Below, piece after piece: positions 9,590-17,174 of a stretch of 39,738 bases of DNA (position 1 is the stretch's first letter; every line of letters begins with the position of its first letter). The DNA is taken from positions 1 to 39,738 of IMG/VR virus record IMGVR_UViG_3300012952_000006; one strand, given 5' to 3'. Both the position numbers and the translations under genes were made by a program. This stretch comes from a virus. Taxonomy: Duplodnaviria > Caudoviricetes. The notes below the pieces were generated by a model. The model saw nothing but the letters and a program-made list of their open reading frames with translations. It ran no database searches and had not been told where the DNA came from.

Positions 9590-9966
9590 GTTCAACCCTT
9601 CTGCTCGTGTCGCTTCTCCTCTCCGTCCCGTGCGCCGAGGCTTCTGCGGTCACGAGCCCGTGCTCTGGCGTCCTGCTGCCCACGTCTGAAGCCACGCGAG
9701 CGCTGCGGTGCCTCACGGTCGAGCTGCCTGCGTGTGATCACAGGGTGTCGCTGTGTAGCGACAAAGCAGCGATCGAGAAGCGAGCACACGAGGCGACGGT
9801 GGTCGCCTTGAACGACCGGATCTTGCAAGCCGACCAGGCGTTGGCTTCAATGGCCAAGTGTCCTGAGTGCGAGCGCGCGTGGTGGGACAGTCCAGCCCTG
9901 GGCTTTGGCGCAGGTGTTGTGACGACCGCCGCCGTGGTATTGGCCCTCGTGCTTGGGACAAAATAG
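9586..9966 (+). CDS. Exported Cys-rich protein with N-terminal signal and C-terminal TM (spanin-like candidate)
   Basis: Hydrophobic N-terminus, 7 Cys, coiled segment, WW..P..GFGAG followed by a TM at the C-terminus. Confidence 0.55.
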   Translation: MSSTLLLVSLLLSVPCAEASAVTSPCSGVLLPTSEATRALRCLTVELPACDHRVSLCSDKAAIEKRAHEATVVALNDRILQADQALASMAKCPECERAWWDSPALGFGAGVVTTAAVVLALVLGTK

Positions 9967-10010
9967 GGCCCCAGCAATCTATTTTGAGGGAGCTGCTGGG
10001 GCCCTTGTTG
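9965..10010. terminator. Hairpin between convergent operons, probable terminator
   Basis: AGGGCCCCAGCA (9965-9976) / TGCTGGGGCCCT (9994-10005) 12-bp stem; weak U-tract. Confidence 0.6.
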
Positions 10011-10101
10011 CTGCCCACCAGCGGTTCATTCATTGGTGAGCGCCCGCCAAACCGGCCAGCGGGCTGTATGTTGGGGTGCCGGTCCCCCATTCTAGACTAC
10101 G

Positions 10102-11070
10102 TCAGTACACGAGGCGGCGCGAGGTCGAGGTCTCGGAGCAGGCCTCGGCCACCTCGGGGTACTCGGCTCGGAGCTTCTTGGTGCTGATGCGCGTAGTGGA
10201 CACGTTCTTGGACGTGATCACCTGCTCTCCATCAATGAAGCCAGCAGCGGCATCGCCCATGTGGTCCTTGATCTGCACCTCGATGACCTTGAGGTCGGCC
10301 TTGAGCAGTCTCATCTCCTCCTTGATGGCGCTAGCCTTGGCCAGCTTCATGGCCATCGGCTTCATGTCCACGTCCTTGTCTTCAACGGCATCGGGGTACA
10401 TGCGGGAGACAGCATCGGAGTCGTTGGCTACGAGCTCTGGTCGCTCGTCACCTTCGACGTGTCGCTGGAACCACTTGGGGATGTCCCTCTCCATCTCCTT
10501 GATGAAGCCCCCATCACGCGCAACCGGAATGACGAAGAGCTTCTTGTCGCAGAGCGCGGCGAGGTAGGCGTTCTCGATCCCTGTGACCGCCATCTGCTGC
10601 TGGACCTGAACCCACCAGCCCTCGGTGGCAGACCCCTGCTTGGGGATGCCGTGCTGCCACCAGATCTCCAGCTCGGACTTGAGGTACGATCCAGCGTGCT
10701 TGGCCTCGACGATGAACACCTCCCCATAAGGGTTGGTGGCAATCCCGTCGAGGTTGCACGTCATCTCGGGGATCTCAGGGTGCTGCAGCACGAGGTCGGG
10801 CTTTTGCACCGGCATGCCGATCTCATCTCCCGCCAGGCCGAGTATCACCGGCTCCATGACGTGGCCCAGGGACATGGCGTAGTTCATCTCCTTGGTGTGG
10901 CGTCCGGTCTTCGCCTCCCACACCTCAAGCGGGGATCCATACCGGCCCATGCCCATCACCGCAGCCGTGTCTGACGACCCGACCGAGTTGTTGCGCAGGT
11001 CCTTCCAGTCCTCTTCGCTCATGTCACCAGCATCGGCCAGCACGTTTGCGTGTCCATGCTCAAACTTCAT
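10102..11070 (-). CDS. YqaJ-like (lambda-exonuclease family) recombination exonuclease
   Basis: W...R...VGSSD..AVMG, SPLEVWEAK, GHVMEP, NLDG, IVEAK, VQVQQQMAVTG. Confidence 0.9.
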   Translation of the reverse strand: MKFEHGHANVLADAGDMSEEDWKDLRNNSVGSSDTAAVMGMGRYGSPLEVWEAKTGRHTKEMNYAMSLGHVMEPVILGLAGDEIGMPVQKPDLVLQHPEIPEMTCNLDGIATNPYGEVFIVEAKHAGSYLKSELEIWWQHGIPKQGSATEGWWVQVQQQMAVTGIENAYLAALCDKKLFVIPVARDGGFIKEMERDIPKWFQRHVEGDERPELVANDSDAVSRMYPDAVEDKDVDMKPMAMKLAKASAIKEEMRLLKADLKVIEVQIKDHMGDAAAGFIDGEQVITSKNVSTTRISTKKLRAEYPEVAEACSETSTSRRLVY

Positions 11071-11082
11071 TGGATGCTCCTT

Positions 11083-11121
11083 AAAAGCAAAGGCCCCCTC
11101 CCAACAAAGGAAGGGGGCCTT
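11083..11121 (-). terminator. Probable intrinsic terminator upstream of the YqaJ-like gene
   Basis: AAGGCCCCCT (11090-11099) / AGGGGGCCTT (11112-11121) stem; the minus strand continues into a T-rich run (TGCTTTT). Confidence 0.55.
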
Positions 11122-11141
11122 GGGTTGAGGCCTCGTCTGGC

Positions 11142-11801
11142 CTAGAAGGGGATGTCGTTGTCGTTGTACGTGTGCGCTGCAGCTCGGTTGTCCTTGCTGC
11201 TGACCACGTCCACGATCTCAGTCCCCGGCGCGAGGTACGCGGGCCGACCGTCGCTCACCTGCACGTTGAGAGGGGAGATCGCCACGGCCTCGTTCTCCTT
11301 CCCGCCGCCACCGCGCTTGGGCTTGACGGTAAGCTCGACAAGGAAGTCCTTGTCGTGGATCGCGAGCACGGGGTGGTCGATGTCCAGCGGGCACTCGGTC
11401 AGGCCGATGGCCTTGCCGAGCTGCTGGAACAGCTTCCGACCACTCCAGGGGTCTGCGATCTTGTTCTCAAGGTTCAACCGCAGGATGACGTTCTTGGGCC
11501 ACTGGAGCCCGTCCACGTCACAGTGCAGGCGCATGTAGAGCGACGTGCCGCTCTTGGTGACCTTGCAGCCGCGCTGCCGCTCCTCGTTGGTGATCGGCTC
11601 CTCCGTGTAGGACCCGTCCACGTACTCGCGAATGCGGCGCACGTACTGGTCCTGAGCATCGATGACAATCTCGGTCTTTGTGAGCTCGAACTTCGAGTCC
11701 ACGACCCTCGCTCGGTAGACGCCTGCGGGGAGCGGCTCTCGGCTCTTAGACTCTCCGCGTGGCTCCTCAGTCTCGTTGAAGTTGAACATGACCCTATCCA
11801 T
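11142..11801 (-). CDS. DUF669-like putative single-stranded DNA-binding protein
   Basis: Real start likely ATG 11801 (AAGGAG RBS); EPLPAGVYRARVVD motif; SSB-like acidic tail DNDIPF. Confidence 0.75.
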   Translation of the reverse strand: MDRVMFNFNETEEPRGESKSREPLPAGVYRARVVDSKFELTKTEIVIDAQDQYVRRIREYVDGSYTEEPITNEERQRGCKVTKSGTSLYMRLHCDVDGLQWPKNVILRLNLENKIADPWSGRKLFQQLGKAIGLTECPLDIDHPVLAIHDKDFLVELTVKPKRGGGGKENEAVAISPLNVQVSDGRPAYLAPGTEIVDVVSSKDNRAAAHTYNDNDIPF

Positions 11802-12486
11802 TGGTTCTCTCCTTGGTGATCTCATTGAAAAGGCTGGTGAGGTCAGCGTCGATGAACGTCTCGAGTCCGCTGACCCTGGACTTGGCGACGTAGCCCTCCA
11901 CGGGCTGGGTCTGGAGGGCTCGCCGCACTCGGCCCTCGTCATCGGTGAACGTGCGCAGTGGGAACACGAAGTCGAAGAAGTGGGGTACGTCCTTCTGGAG
12001 CGTCTTGCCGGGGAGCCCCGGCGTGATGAACGCATCGATGGCAGACGTGTCGCGATCCATCTTGCACGTCATGACGACGTTGATGGGCAGCTCCCTGACC
12101 TGGCGAACGAACGCGGTCATCCGCTTGGCCAGTTCGCCGTAGGCCTTCCGGGGGTCGCGGTTGTTGTCCAGCTCGTAGTTGAGGCAGACTTCGCAGATCT
12201 CCGAAAGGCTATCGATGACCACCCAGGTGAACGGGTGATCGCCAGCAGACAGCTCGTTGAGCACGGCACCAACCTCACCCAGCGTGTGGACATCCACCGC
12301 CGTGAGGTCGAAGTCGTTGAGCGTCAGAAGCCCAGCCTCCGCACTGACCACGAGCGTGTGCTTGGGGTCAGGCGTGGTGGACGCCAGAAAGGTCTTGCCG
12401 GATCCTGCGGACCCGTAGACCAGAACCTTGAGCCGGTCCACATGGTGCTCCCGTGTGGACGTGGCTCTCTCAGCGATGAAAGACAT
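11794..12486 (-). CDS. Sak4-like / AAA_24 P-loop ATPase (single-strand annealing recombinase)
   Basis: KVLVYGSAGSGKT, SAEAG, WVVIDSLSE, AKSR; adjacent to SSB-like and exonuclease genes. Confidence 0.85.
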   Translation of the reverse strand: MSFIAERATSTREHHVDRLKVLVYGSAGSGKTFLASTTPDPKHTLVVSAEAGLLTLNDFDLTAVDVHTLGEVGAVLNELSAGDHPFTWVVIDSLSEICEVCLNYELDNNRDPRKAYGELAKRMTAFVRQVRELPINVVMTCKMDRDTSAIDAFITPGLPGKTLQKDVPHFFDFVFPLRTFTDDEGRVRRALQTQPVEGYVAKSRVSGLETFIDADLTSLFNEITKERTNG

Positions 12487-12507
12487 CAGTTCTCCTCGGT
12501 AACCGGC

Positions 12508-12702
12508 TTAGTTCTCAGTACACAGCGCGACGAGCCGGTCTAGTGCATCGGACTGTGTTGGTTGAATGGATAGGAGCTCCCCAAACAGAGTGATGGACCA
12601 CTTCCTGTGCTTCACTCCGCACATGTTGCACTCCACGTCTATCGGCTCCAGCCTGTATCCACGGTCAATCGCTTCTTGCAGTAGCATGTCTATCCTCGGC
12701 AT
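12508..12702 (-). CDS. Small hypothetical protein (CxxC)
   Basis: ORF packed in the leftward operon; CNMC. Confidence 0.5.
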   Translation of the reverse strand: MPRIDMLLQEAIDRGYRLEPIDVECNMCGVKHRKWSITLFGELLSIQPTQSDALDRLVALCTEN

Positions 12703-12860
12703 TCACAGGGTGCGCAGTACCACCTACCATACCGCCACTCAGGCGTCCCACCGCAGTCGCCACAGGCGGGCACGTAAGGCTTGTCCCCCCCACCCTCTGA
12801 GGGGTGGAGGGGAACAGCCGGCTTGGGGCGAGGAGGCTGAAGAGAGAGGGTCAACTGCAT
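12690..12860 (-). CDS. 56-aa zinc-ribbon protein (not in the ORF track)
   Basis: Own translation: MQLTLSLQPP...ACGDCGGTPEWRYGRWYCAPCECRG*; TGATG coupling to the upstream stop; fills an operon gap. Confidence 0.6.
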   Translation of the reverse strand: MQLTLSLQPPRPKPAVPLHPSEGGGDKPYVPACGDCGGTPEWRYGRWYCAPCECRG

Positions 12861-13279
12861 CACTGATCCAAGGGAGGCAGCAGATCAAATCTCGCGGCGT
12901 ACTCATAACACGCGCGACACCAGAGCTTGGTTCTGTCGGAGTTGATGTGCGGATGCACATCATAATGCCTGACGCCGTTGGCGCACCCATGGCCGCAGAG
13001 CGTCAGATACCTCAACCGGTCGCAACGGGTGTTGCCAAGCCACCGGGGATACCGACCCTTCTCCGGCTCGTTGACGATGTCGTTTAGGTGCCAAACGTCC
13101 CCGATAGCGCCGCCGCTGTTCACCTTGACAACGCGCAAAGGGTGGGGCGGCGTGAGCCGGTAGCGCGTGACAAAACTCGACGCGCGCAGCTCCTCGCCAA
13201 GCCAAGATGGCGGGATAGCTGCGATGACGGTCTCCGGTCCTGGCTTGTAGTACTTTCCTGGCCTGTAGTTCCTCTTCAT
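12860..13279 (-). CDS. Hypothetical protein with Cys/His-rich C-terminus
   Basis: GGAGG RBS plus TGATG coupling; CGHGC...WCRAC. Confidence 0.6.
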   Translation of the reverse strand: MKRNYRPGKYYKPGPETVIAAIPPSWLGEELRASSFVTRYRLTPPHPLRVVKVNSGGAIGDVWHLNDIVNEPEKGRYPRWLGNTRCDRLRYLTLCGHGCANGVRHYDVHPHINSDRTKLWCRACYEYAARFDLLPPLDQ

Positions 13280-13857
13280 CACTCACCTCCCTTGTCTAGC
13301 ATCAGCTCGACCTGCTCCCACGCTTCGTCAAGGGTCATCGGGTCCCAGCCCTCAGACACCATGTCCTCGTCGGTCCAGACGCCGTTGCGGTCCACGCAGC
13401 CGAGCCAGTAGATCAGATCCTCGCGCGTGCTCACCCCGCTCAGGACGGGAGCGGCACCGCGAGCACCACGAAGAGCTTCGTTCGCCTGGTCGGCGATGAC
13501 CTTGCGCTCTCCGATCTTCCCGCCGCACAGCGTGTCGGTCGTCTCACCAACCAAGTTCATGCAGGCCTGGAAGATCGCCCGCTCCTCCTCGCCCCACTCG
13601 GGCCCCGGCTCCCAGCCGTGGAGGTCGAGCAGAGCCACAGCCGCCACCAACAGCTCAGGAGCCTTGGACGCCAGGAAGGCGTCCGCCTGTGCGTTGTCGC
13701 TGTCGAACGTCGCGATGGCAGACGTGCAAAGTTCTCCAGCCTTCGCGGTTCCTTGCTCAACCACCCAGTCAGCGTAGGGCACCTGTGCGAGGATCTGAGG
13801 ACCGTAGTCCCCGTCATGCACGTCCCACGGTCCCGGCGTATGAATCAAACCAGACAT
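13279..13857 (-). CDS. Phage hypothetical protein with HTPGPW N-terminal motif
   Basis: HTPGPW...ADAFLASKAPELL pattern, common in phage early proteins; GGAGG RBS. Confidence 0.75.
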   Translation of the reverse strand: MSGLIHTPGPWDVHDGDYGPQILAQVPYADWVVEQGTAKAGELCTSAIATFDSDNAQADAFLASKAPELLVAAVALLDLHGWEPGPEWGEEERAIFQACMNLVGETTDTLCGGKIGERKVIADQANEALRGARGAAPVLSGVSTREDLIYWLGCVDRNGVWTDEDMVSEGWDPMTLDEAWEQVELMLDKGGE

Positions 13858-14303
13858 CACTCACCTCCTACGGCTGGCGCATCGACCAGCCAGAACTGGT
13901 TGTAGTCGCGGTCATCCTGCGCCTTCCACCACTTGCAGTCCTTCAACTCAGGCTGCATGGCCAGCAGCAGCGCTGCACGGGCGAACGCCATCTCGGCGCT
14001 GCGGATCGCTCGGTCGTCATACCCAGCATCCTCAAGCCGGTCAGCAACCTCGGTCATCTGGTCGCCCGTGTAGGCAAACAGACGAAACTCCTGAGGGTCA
14101 CGGGTGACCGTGCCGTCCGCGTGGTGCGTAGACGTGACCACGTCCTCGATGACCAGCGCGAGACACTCCGGCGAACGACCAACACCAAAGACCACCTGAA
14201 CATCAAGGCCGTGCTCGCGGGCCTCCTCAATGTAGTAGTCGAACTCACTCATCAGGGTGTCGCTCATCTCGACGACAACCCACTCCGGAATCGTTGTTTT
14301 CAT
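13857..14303 (-). CDS. Acidic hypothetical early protein
   Basis: ATG 14303 with AAGGAG RBS just downstream of a consensus promoter. Confidence 0.7.
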   Translation of the reverse strand: MKTTIPEWVVVEMSDTLMSEFDYYIEEAREHGLDVQVVFGVGRSPECLALVIEDVVTSTHHADGTVTRDPQEFRLFAYTGDQMTEVADRLEDAGYDDRAIRSAEMAFARAALLLAMQPELKDCKWWKAQDDRDYNQFWLVDAPAVGGE

Positions 14304-14340
14304 TGGTTCTCCTTGGGCCCCGTTCATTCGAGGTGGGGCG

Positions 14341-14369
14341 ACAGTACCTAAGCCGTGACACCCTGTCAA
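14341..14369 (-). promoter_or_regulatory. Sigma70-type early promoter P1
   Basis: Minus strand TTGACA-gggtgtcacggcttagg(17)-TACTGT; contains the palindrome TGACA-CCC-TGTCA (14356-14368). Confidence 0.8.
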
Positions 14370-14387
14370 GGTAAAGTGCGCGGTCTA

Positions 14388-14580
14388 GCATCGGGAGCGG
14401 CATCGGGCGTCGGGCATCGGCCACCCGCGAGCTGGCATCGGGCGTCGGGTCGCAGCCGTTCGAGGAGCTCACCAACTGACAGTTGGTCGTGACGCCTGGT
14501 GTACTGGCATCGGGTCAACCGTCGCACACTCGCGCGCCCTTAGGCGCGGGGGTGTGTGCGCCGTGTTCAGCTGGCATCGG
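14388..14580 (+). repeat. Cluster of GCATCGG/GCGTCGG heptamer repeats with hairpins in a non-coding spacer
   Basis: GCATCGG at 14388, 14400, 14414, 14435, 14507, 14574; GCGTCGG at 14407, 14442. Confidence 0.8.
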
Positions 14581-14623
14581 CTGCGGTGTCGTCCACGGTG
14601 GAGGAGCTCGACAGAGTGGGCAC

Positions 14624-14652
14624 AAAAAAAGGGCCCCCGGCTGGGGGCCCTT
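14624..14652 (-). terminator. Rho-independent terminator
   Basis: GGGCCCCC-ggct-GGGGGCCC stem with A7 on the plus strand (U7 on the minus strand), just past the 14684 stop. Confidence 0.85.
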
Positions 14653-14683
14653 GGTTCAAGCGCGCGGGCTAGGTGAGCGGTGA

Positions 14684-15382
14684 CTAGTGGGCCACAATGG
14701 CAATGTCCTTGCGACGGTCTCCGGGTCGGGAACCGTTGCACAGGTTGCAGTCTGCACACTGGGCGCGGGCACCGGCCTCCTTGGACGCAGGGCAGAGGAT
14801 CTCCCCACGGCCGACCCAGGCAACCCCAGGGACGACGCGGAAGGTCCGATAGCCACGGCCTCGTGCCTCCTCACGCTCCGCCAACGTGTGAACACTGGCC
14901 ATCACACGAGCGGACAGGTCAGCATCCCTCCACTGGTGGGTATACCCCGTTCCCGGTGATGCGCTCAGGTTGTCCCAGACATGAGCCGGAACCGCCGCAG
15001 GGTCACCGTAGGACCCACGGCGAACGACGCGATCAGCCACGAGGGCACGCGCCACCTCAGGAGAGACAACGGGAGCGTCCTTGTTAGCCTTCCACGTAGA
15101 CAGCGGAGCTTGGAACACCTTCACGTAACAAGGCCGGTCGCTGACCTCACCACGCTTGAAGATGTAGGGACGCAACGGGCAGTTGCCACACACGCTGGCA
15201 TCCTGTCCCGTCTTGACGGCCACATGGGGCGGGACGTCGGTCCTAAGAATCCACGTCTGGAGCATGTCGCCCGTCTTGGTGTTCTTCGAAGACTTGGCCA
15301 GCCCTGTGAGTAGGACCATGACGGGGGCCCCGTCTAGTAGGCTGGGGCCTTCCCAGAGCTTGATGGTGTTCGGTCGGCTCAT
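14684..15382 (-). CDS. Conserved Cys-rich phage protein (GP88/DUF7227-like, possibly metal or Fe-S binding)
   Basis: ATG 15382 with AAGGAG; SKNTKTG, VCGNCP, CYV, GSYGD, GYTH, CPA...CADCNLC...IAIVAH. Confidence 0.7.
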   Translation of the reverse strand: MSRPNTIKLWEGPSLLDGAPVMVLLTGLAKSSKNTKTGDMLQTWILRTDVPPHVAVKTGQDASVCGNCPLRPYIFKRGEVSDRPCYVKVFQAPLSTWKANKDAPVVSPEVARALVADRVVRRGSYGDPAAVPAHVWDNLSASPGTGYTHQWRDADLSARVMASVHTLAEREEARGRGYRTFRVVPGVAWVGRGEILCPASKEAGARAQCADCNLCNGSRPGDRRKDIAIVAH

Positions 15383-15485
15383 GTCGAGTCTCCTTGGTCG
15401 TTGGTCGTTGGTAGTGCGCTCTCGCGCTCTCTGGGCTCTAGCATCGGTCAACACGTCGTGACTGATTCACAACGCCTGGCGAGGC

Positions 15486-15536
15486 TAAAACACAGAGAGC
15501 GCGCGCCCTCCTCATGACGGGAGGGCGCGCTGCTCT
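15486..15536 (-). terminator. Probable intrinsic terminator
   Basis: GCGCGCCCTCC (15501-15511) / GGAGGGCGCGC (15520-15530) stem right after the 15538 stop; TGTGTTTT follows on the minus strand. Confidence 0.6.
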
Positions 15537-15537
15537 A

Positions 15538-15744
15538 CTAGGCCTGCTCGGCCTTCTTCCGCGCTCGACGCTCGCGAGCCATGACACGGTTACAGTCCTT
15601 GCAGCATGAGAAGAAGCGAGGCTTGCCGTCCTTCGTCTTCGCATACTTGCCAGACTTGCGCTGCTGGAACGCGTCAAGTGGAAGTAGCTCGCGACAACGC
15701 GAGCACGTGCGGTGGGTGTCAGTGTGAGTGAGGCGACACATCAT
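15538..15744 (-). CDS. Small zinc-finger protein resembling the N-terminal finger of phage HNH/EndoVII-type proteins
   Basis: CSRC...LPLDAF...KDG...CKDC, basic tail; no nuclease domain. Confidence 0.7.
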   Translation of the reverse strand: MMCRLTHTDTHRTCSRCRELLPLDAFQQRKSGKYAKTKDGKPRFFSCCKDCNRVMARERRARKKAEQA

Positions 15745-16121
15745 GCACCCCCGATGGTCTGGTGGAGTCCCTGGATAGTGGCCTTGACAACGTCGTCTAG
15801 ACCCTTGGAGCGATTGGACAAGGCCTTGTAGCCTGTGACCGTTGGGAGCCCTAGAGCGACCATGCTCGCGCTGATGTTCATCAGCTTGGTCTCAACGCTA
15901 CCCTTCGTGCGTCCGGTGTCAGACATGAAGGCCTTCACCAGCGTGGCTTTACTCACGTGGTCGGGGTTCGCTTTGGTGGTCCTCCCGAGCTTGCCGGCCT
16001 TCTGAAGGTCCAGCATGCGCACGTAGACCATGACAAGCACCACGGTCTCCTCATCGCTCCATCCGTTCCCGCGTCCGTTGGCTCGGTTGTTGATTCGGCT
16101 CCAATTGCTTGGCTTGTTCAT
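15741..16121 (-). CDS. Stand-alone helical domain resembling the N-terminus of HNH/DUF3883 restriction-like nucleases
   Basis: WSDEE...V..Y..ML.L...G...K...GRTKGSVETKLMNISASM..LG.....GYK...N; ATG 16121 with AAGGAG. Confidence 0.7.
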   Translation of the reverse strand: MNKPSNWSRINNRANGRGNGWSDEETVVLVMVYVRMLDLQKAGKLGRTTKANPDHVSKATLVKAFMSDTGRTKGSVETKLMNISASMVALGLPTVTGYKALSNRSKGLDDVVKATIQGLHQTIGGA

Positions 16122-16205
16122 CGTTGGTCTCCTTGGTCGTTGGTGTCGGGTCACATGACCCCCACAGGGCCCCGCCGTGGCGGGGCACTGTAGGGAGCGC
16201 GCGAC

Positions 16206-16697
16206 CTAGTAGCGAGGCGAGTCACACAGGTCGAGGAGGGCCGTCCACAGCTCCAAGGTGGTCCAGTCGAGGTGCGGGTCTGCGTGCGTGGTGTTCCGCA
16301 TGCGGTGAGCCATGCGAGACACGATAGAACGTGCAGCGTCGCAGTGGTCAAGTTCATCGTGGGCGAGGTCCATCACGAAGTAATAGAGGGACTTCAAGGC
16401 CATGTCAGGGCTGACGCTGGGGTCAATCTCGCGAAGCTCGTCACAGAGGGCAGGGACGAGGCTCATGACGCACGACCTGTAGGGGTCGGAACAGTCAGCG
16501 AGGGTGACGCCGTCACCGTGGATGCCCTCCACGAGGTCCTCCATCAGGTCCATGGCCGCGTCGCCGGTACGGTCTCTAAAGCGGTCGGCCACGTCCACGC
16601 AGCGCCAAGACGTCTCACCGCACAAGCGGTAGTCGATGCGAACGAATCCGAAGGAGGTCGGGGGAGCGGTGTCGAGGGCGTAGGTCGCGAGGGTCAT
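16206..16697 (-). CDS. Hypothetical early protein, first gene of the leftward arm
   Basis: AAGGAG RBS downstream of promoter P2. Confidence 0.7.
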   Translation of the reverse strand: MTLATYALDTAPPTSFGFVRIDYRLCGETSWRCVDVADRFRDRTGDAAMDLMEDLVEGIHGDGVTLADCSDPYRSCVMSLVPALCDELREIDPSVSPDMALKSLYYFVMDLAHDELDHCDAARSIVSRMAHRMRNTTHADPHLDWTTLELWTALLDLCDSPRY

Positions 16698-16743
16698 CGT
16701 TGGTCTCCTTGGTCATTGGGCTCCCGTCGTTGGGAGTGAGGCG

Positions 16744-16772
16744 ACAGTACCTAGACCATGGCAGTGTGTCAA
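16744..16772 (-). promoter_or_regulatory. Sigma70-type early promoter P2
   Basis: Minus strand TTGACA-cactgccatggtctagg(17)-TACTGT; same architecture as P1. Confidence 0.8.
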
Positions 16773-17174
16773 CATACGAGGCGCGTATTGGTGTCGATTT
16801 TTCGGGGCCGTGGCACCGGCGCAGACCCGCTCGGGGCGGGGCAGATCCCCCGCCCGCCCGCCCGCGCGCGAGGCACCCACAGCATCGGGAGCCCGAGCCG
16901 CCCAAGAGACGGGTGACCGGTGCGCAGCATCGGCCTCCCGGCGCGCTGCTCCCACCAAGCGTAGCGACTGGGTGCATGGCCGCTGTCGTGCCACCCTCCT
17001 CTGCCTATCTCATGTGCCTCTGCCTACGAGACTAAGATGCCCCAGCTCCAGCAGACCGATGCCCAGGAGAAACAAGTACTGGGGGAGGGGCCCCAGTATG
17101 CGTTTCGACGCATCGGTCTCCTCATATATTGACTCTCAATCGCGTCAGAAAATCCGAGATTCCATTTTGACCTG

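Noticed and set aside
11802-12035. N-terminal extensions in the ORF track (11142-12035, also 6609, 14369, 15454, 16154, 20247, 21645, 33988)
   Set aside because: Downstream ATGs have clear Shine-Dalgarno sequences or stop-start coupling; the extensions overlap neighbouring genes or promoters.
12782-12816. C-rich/G-rich hairpin as a terminator
   Set aside because: It falls inside the 56-aa zinc-ribbon ORF and lacks a U-tract.
14388-14580. Repeat cluster as a mini-CRISPR array
   Set aside because: Units are only 7 bp with irregular spacing, with no 25-40 bp repeats or uniform spacers and no cas genes.
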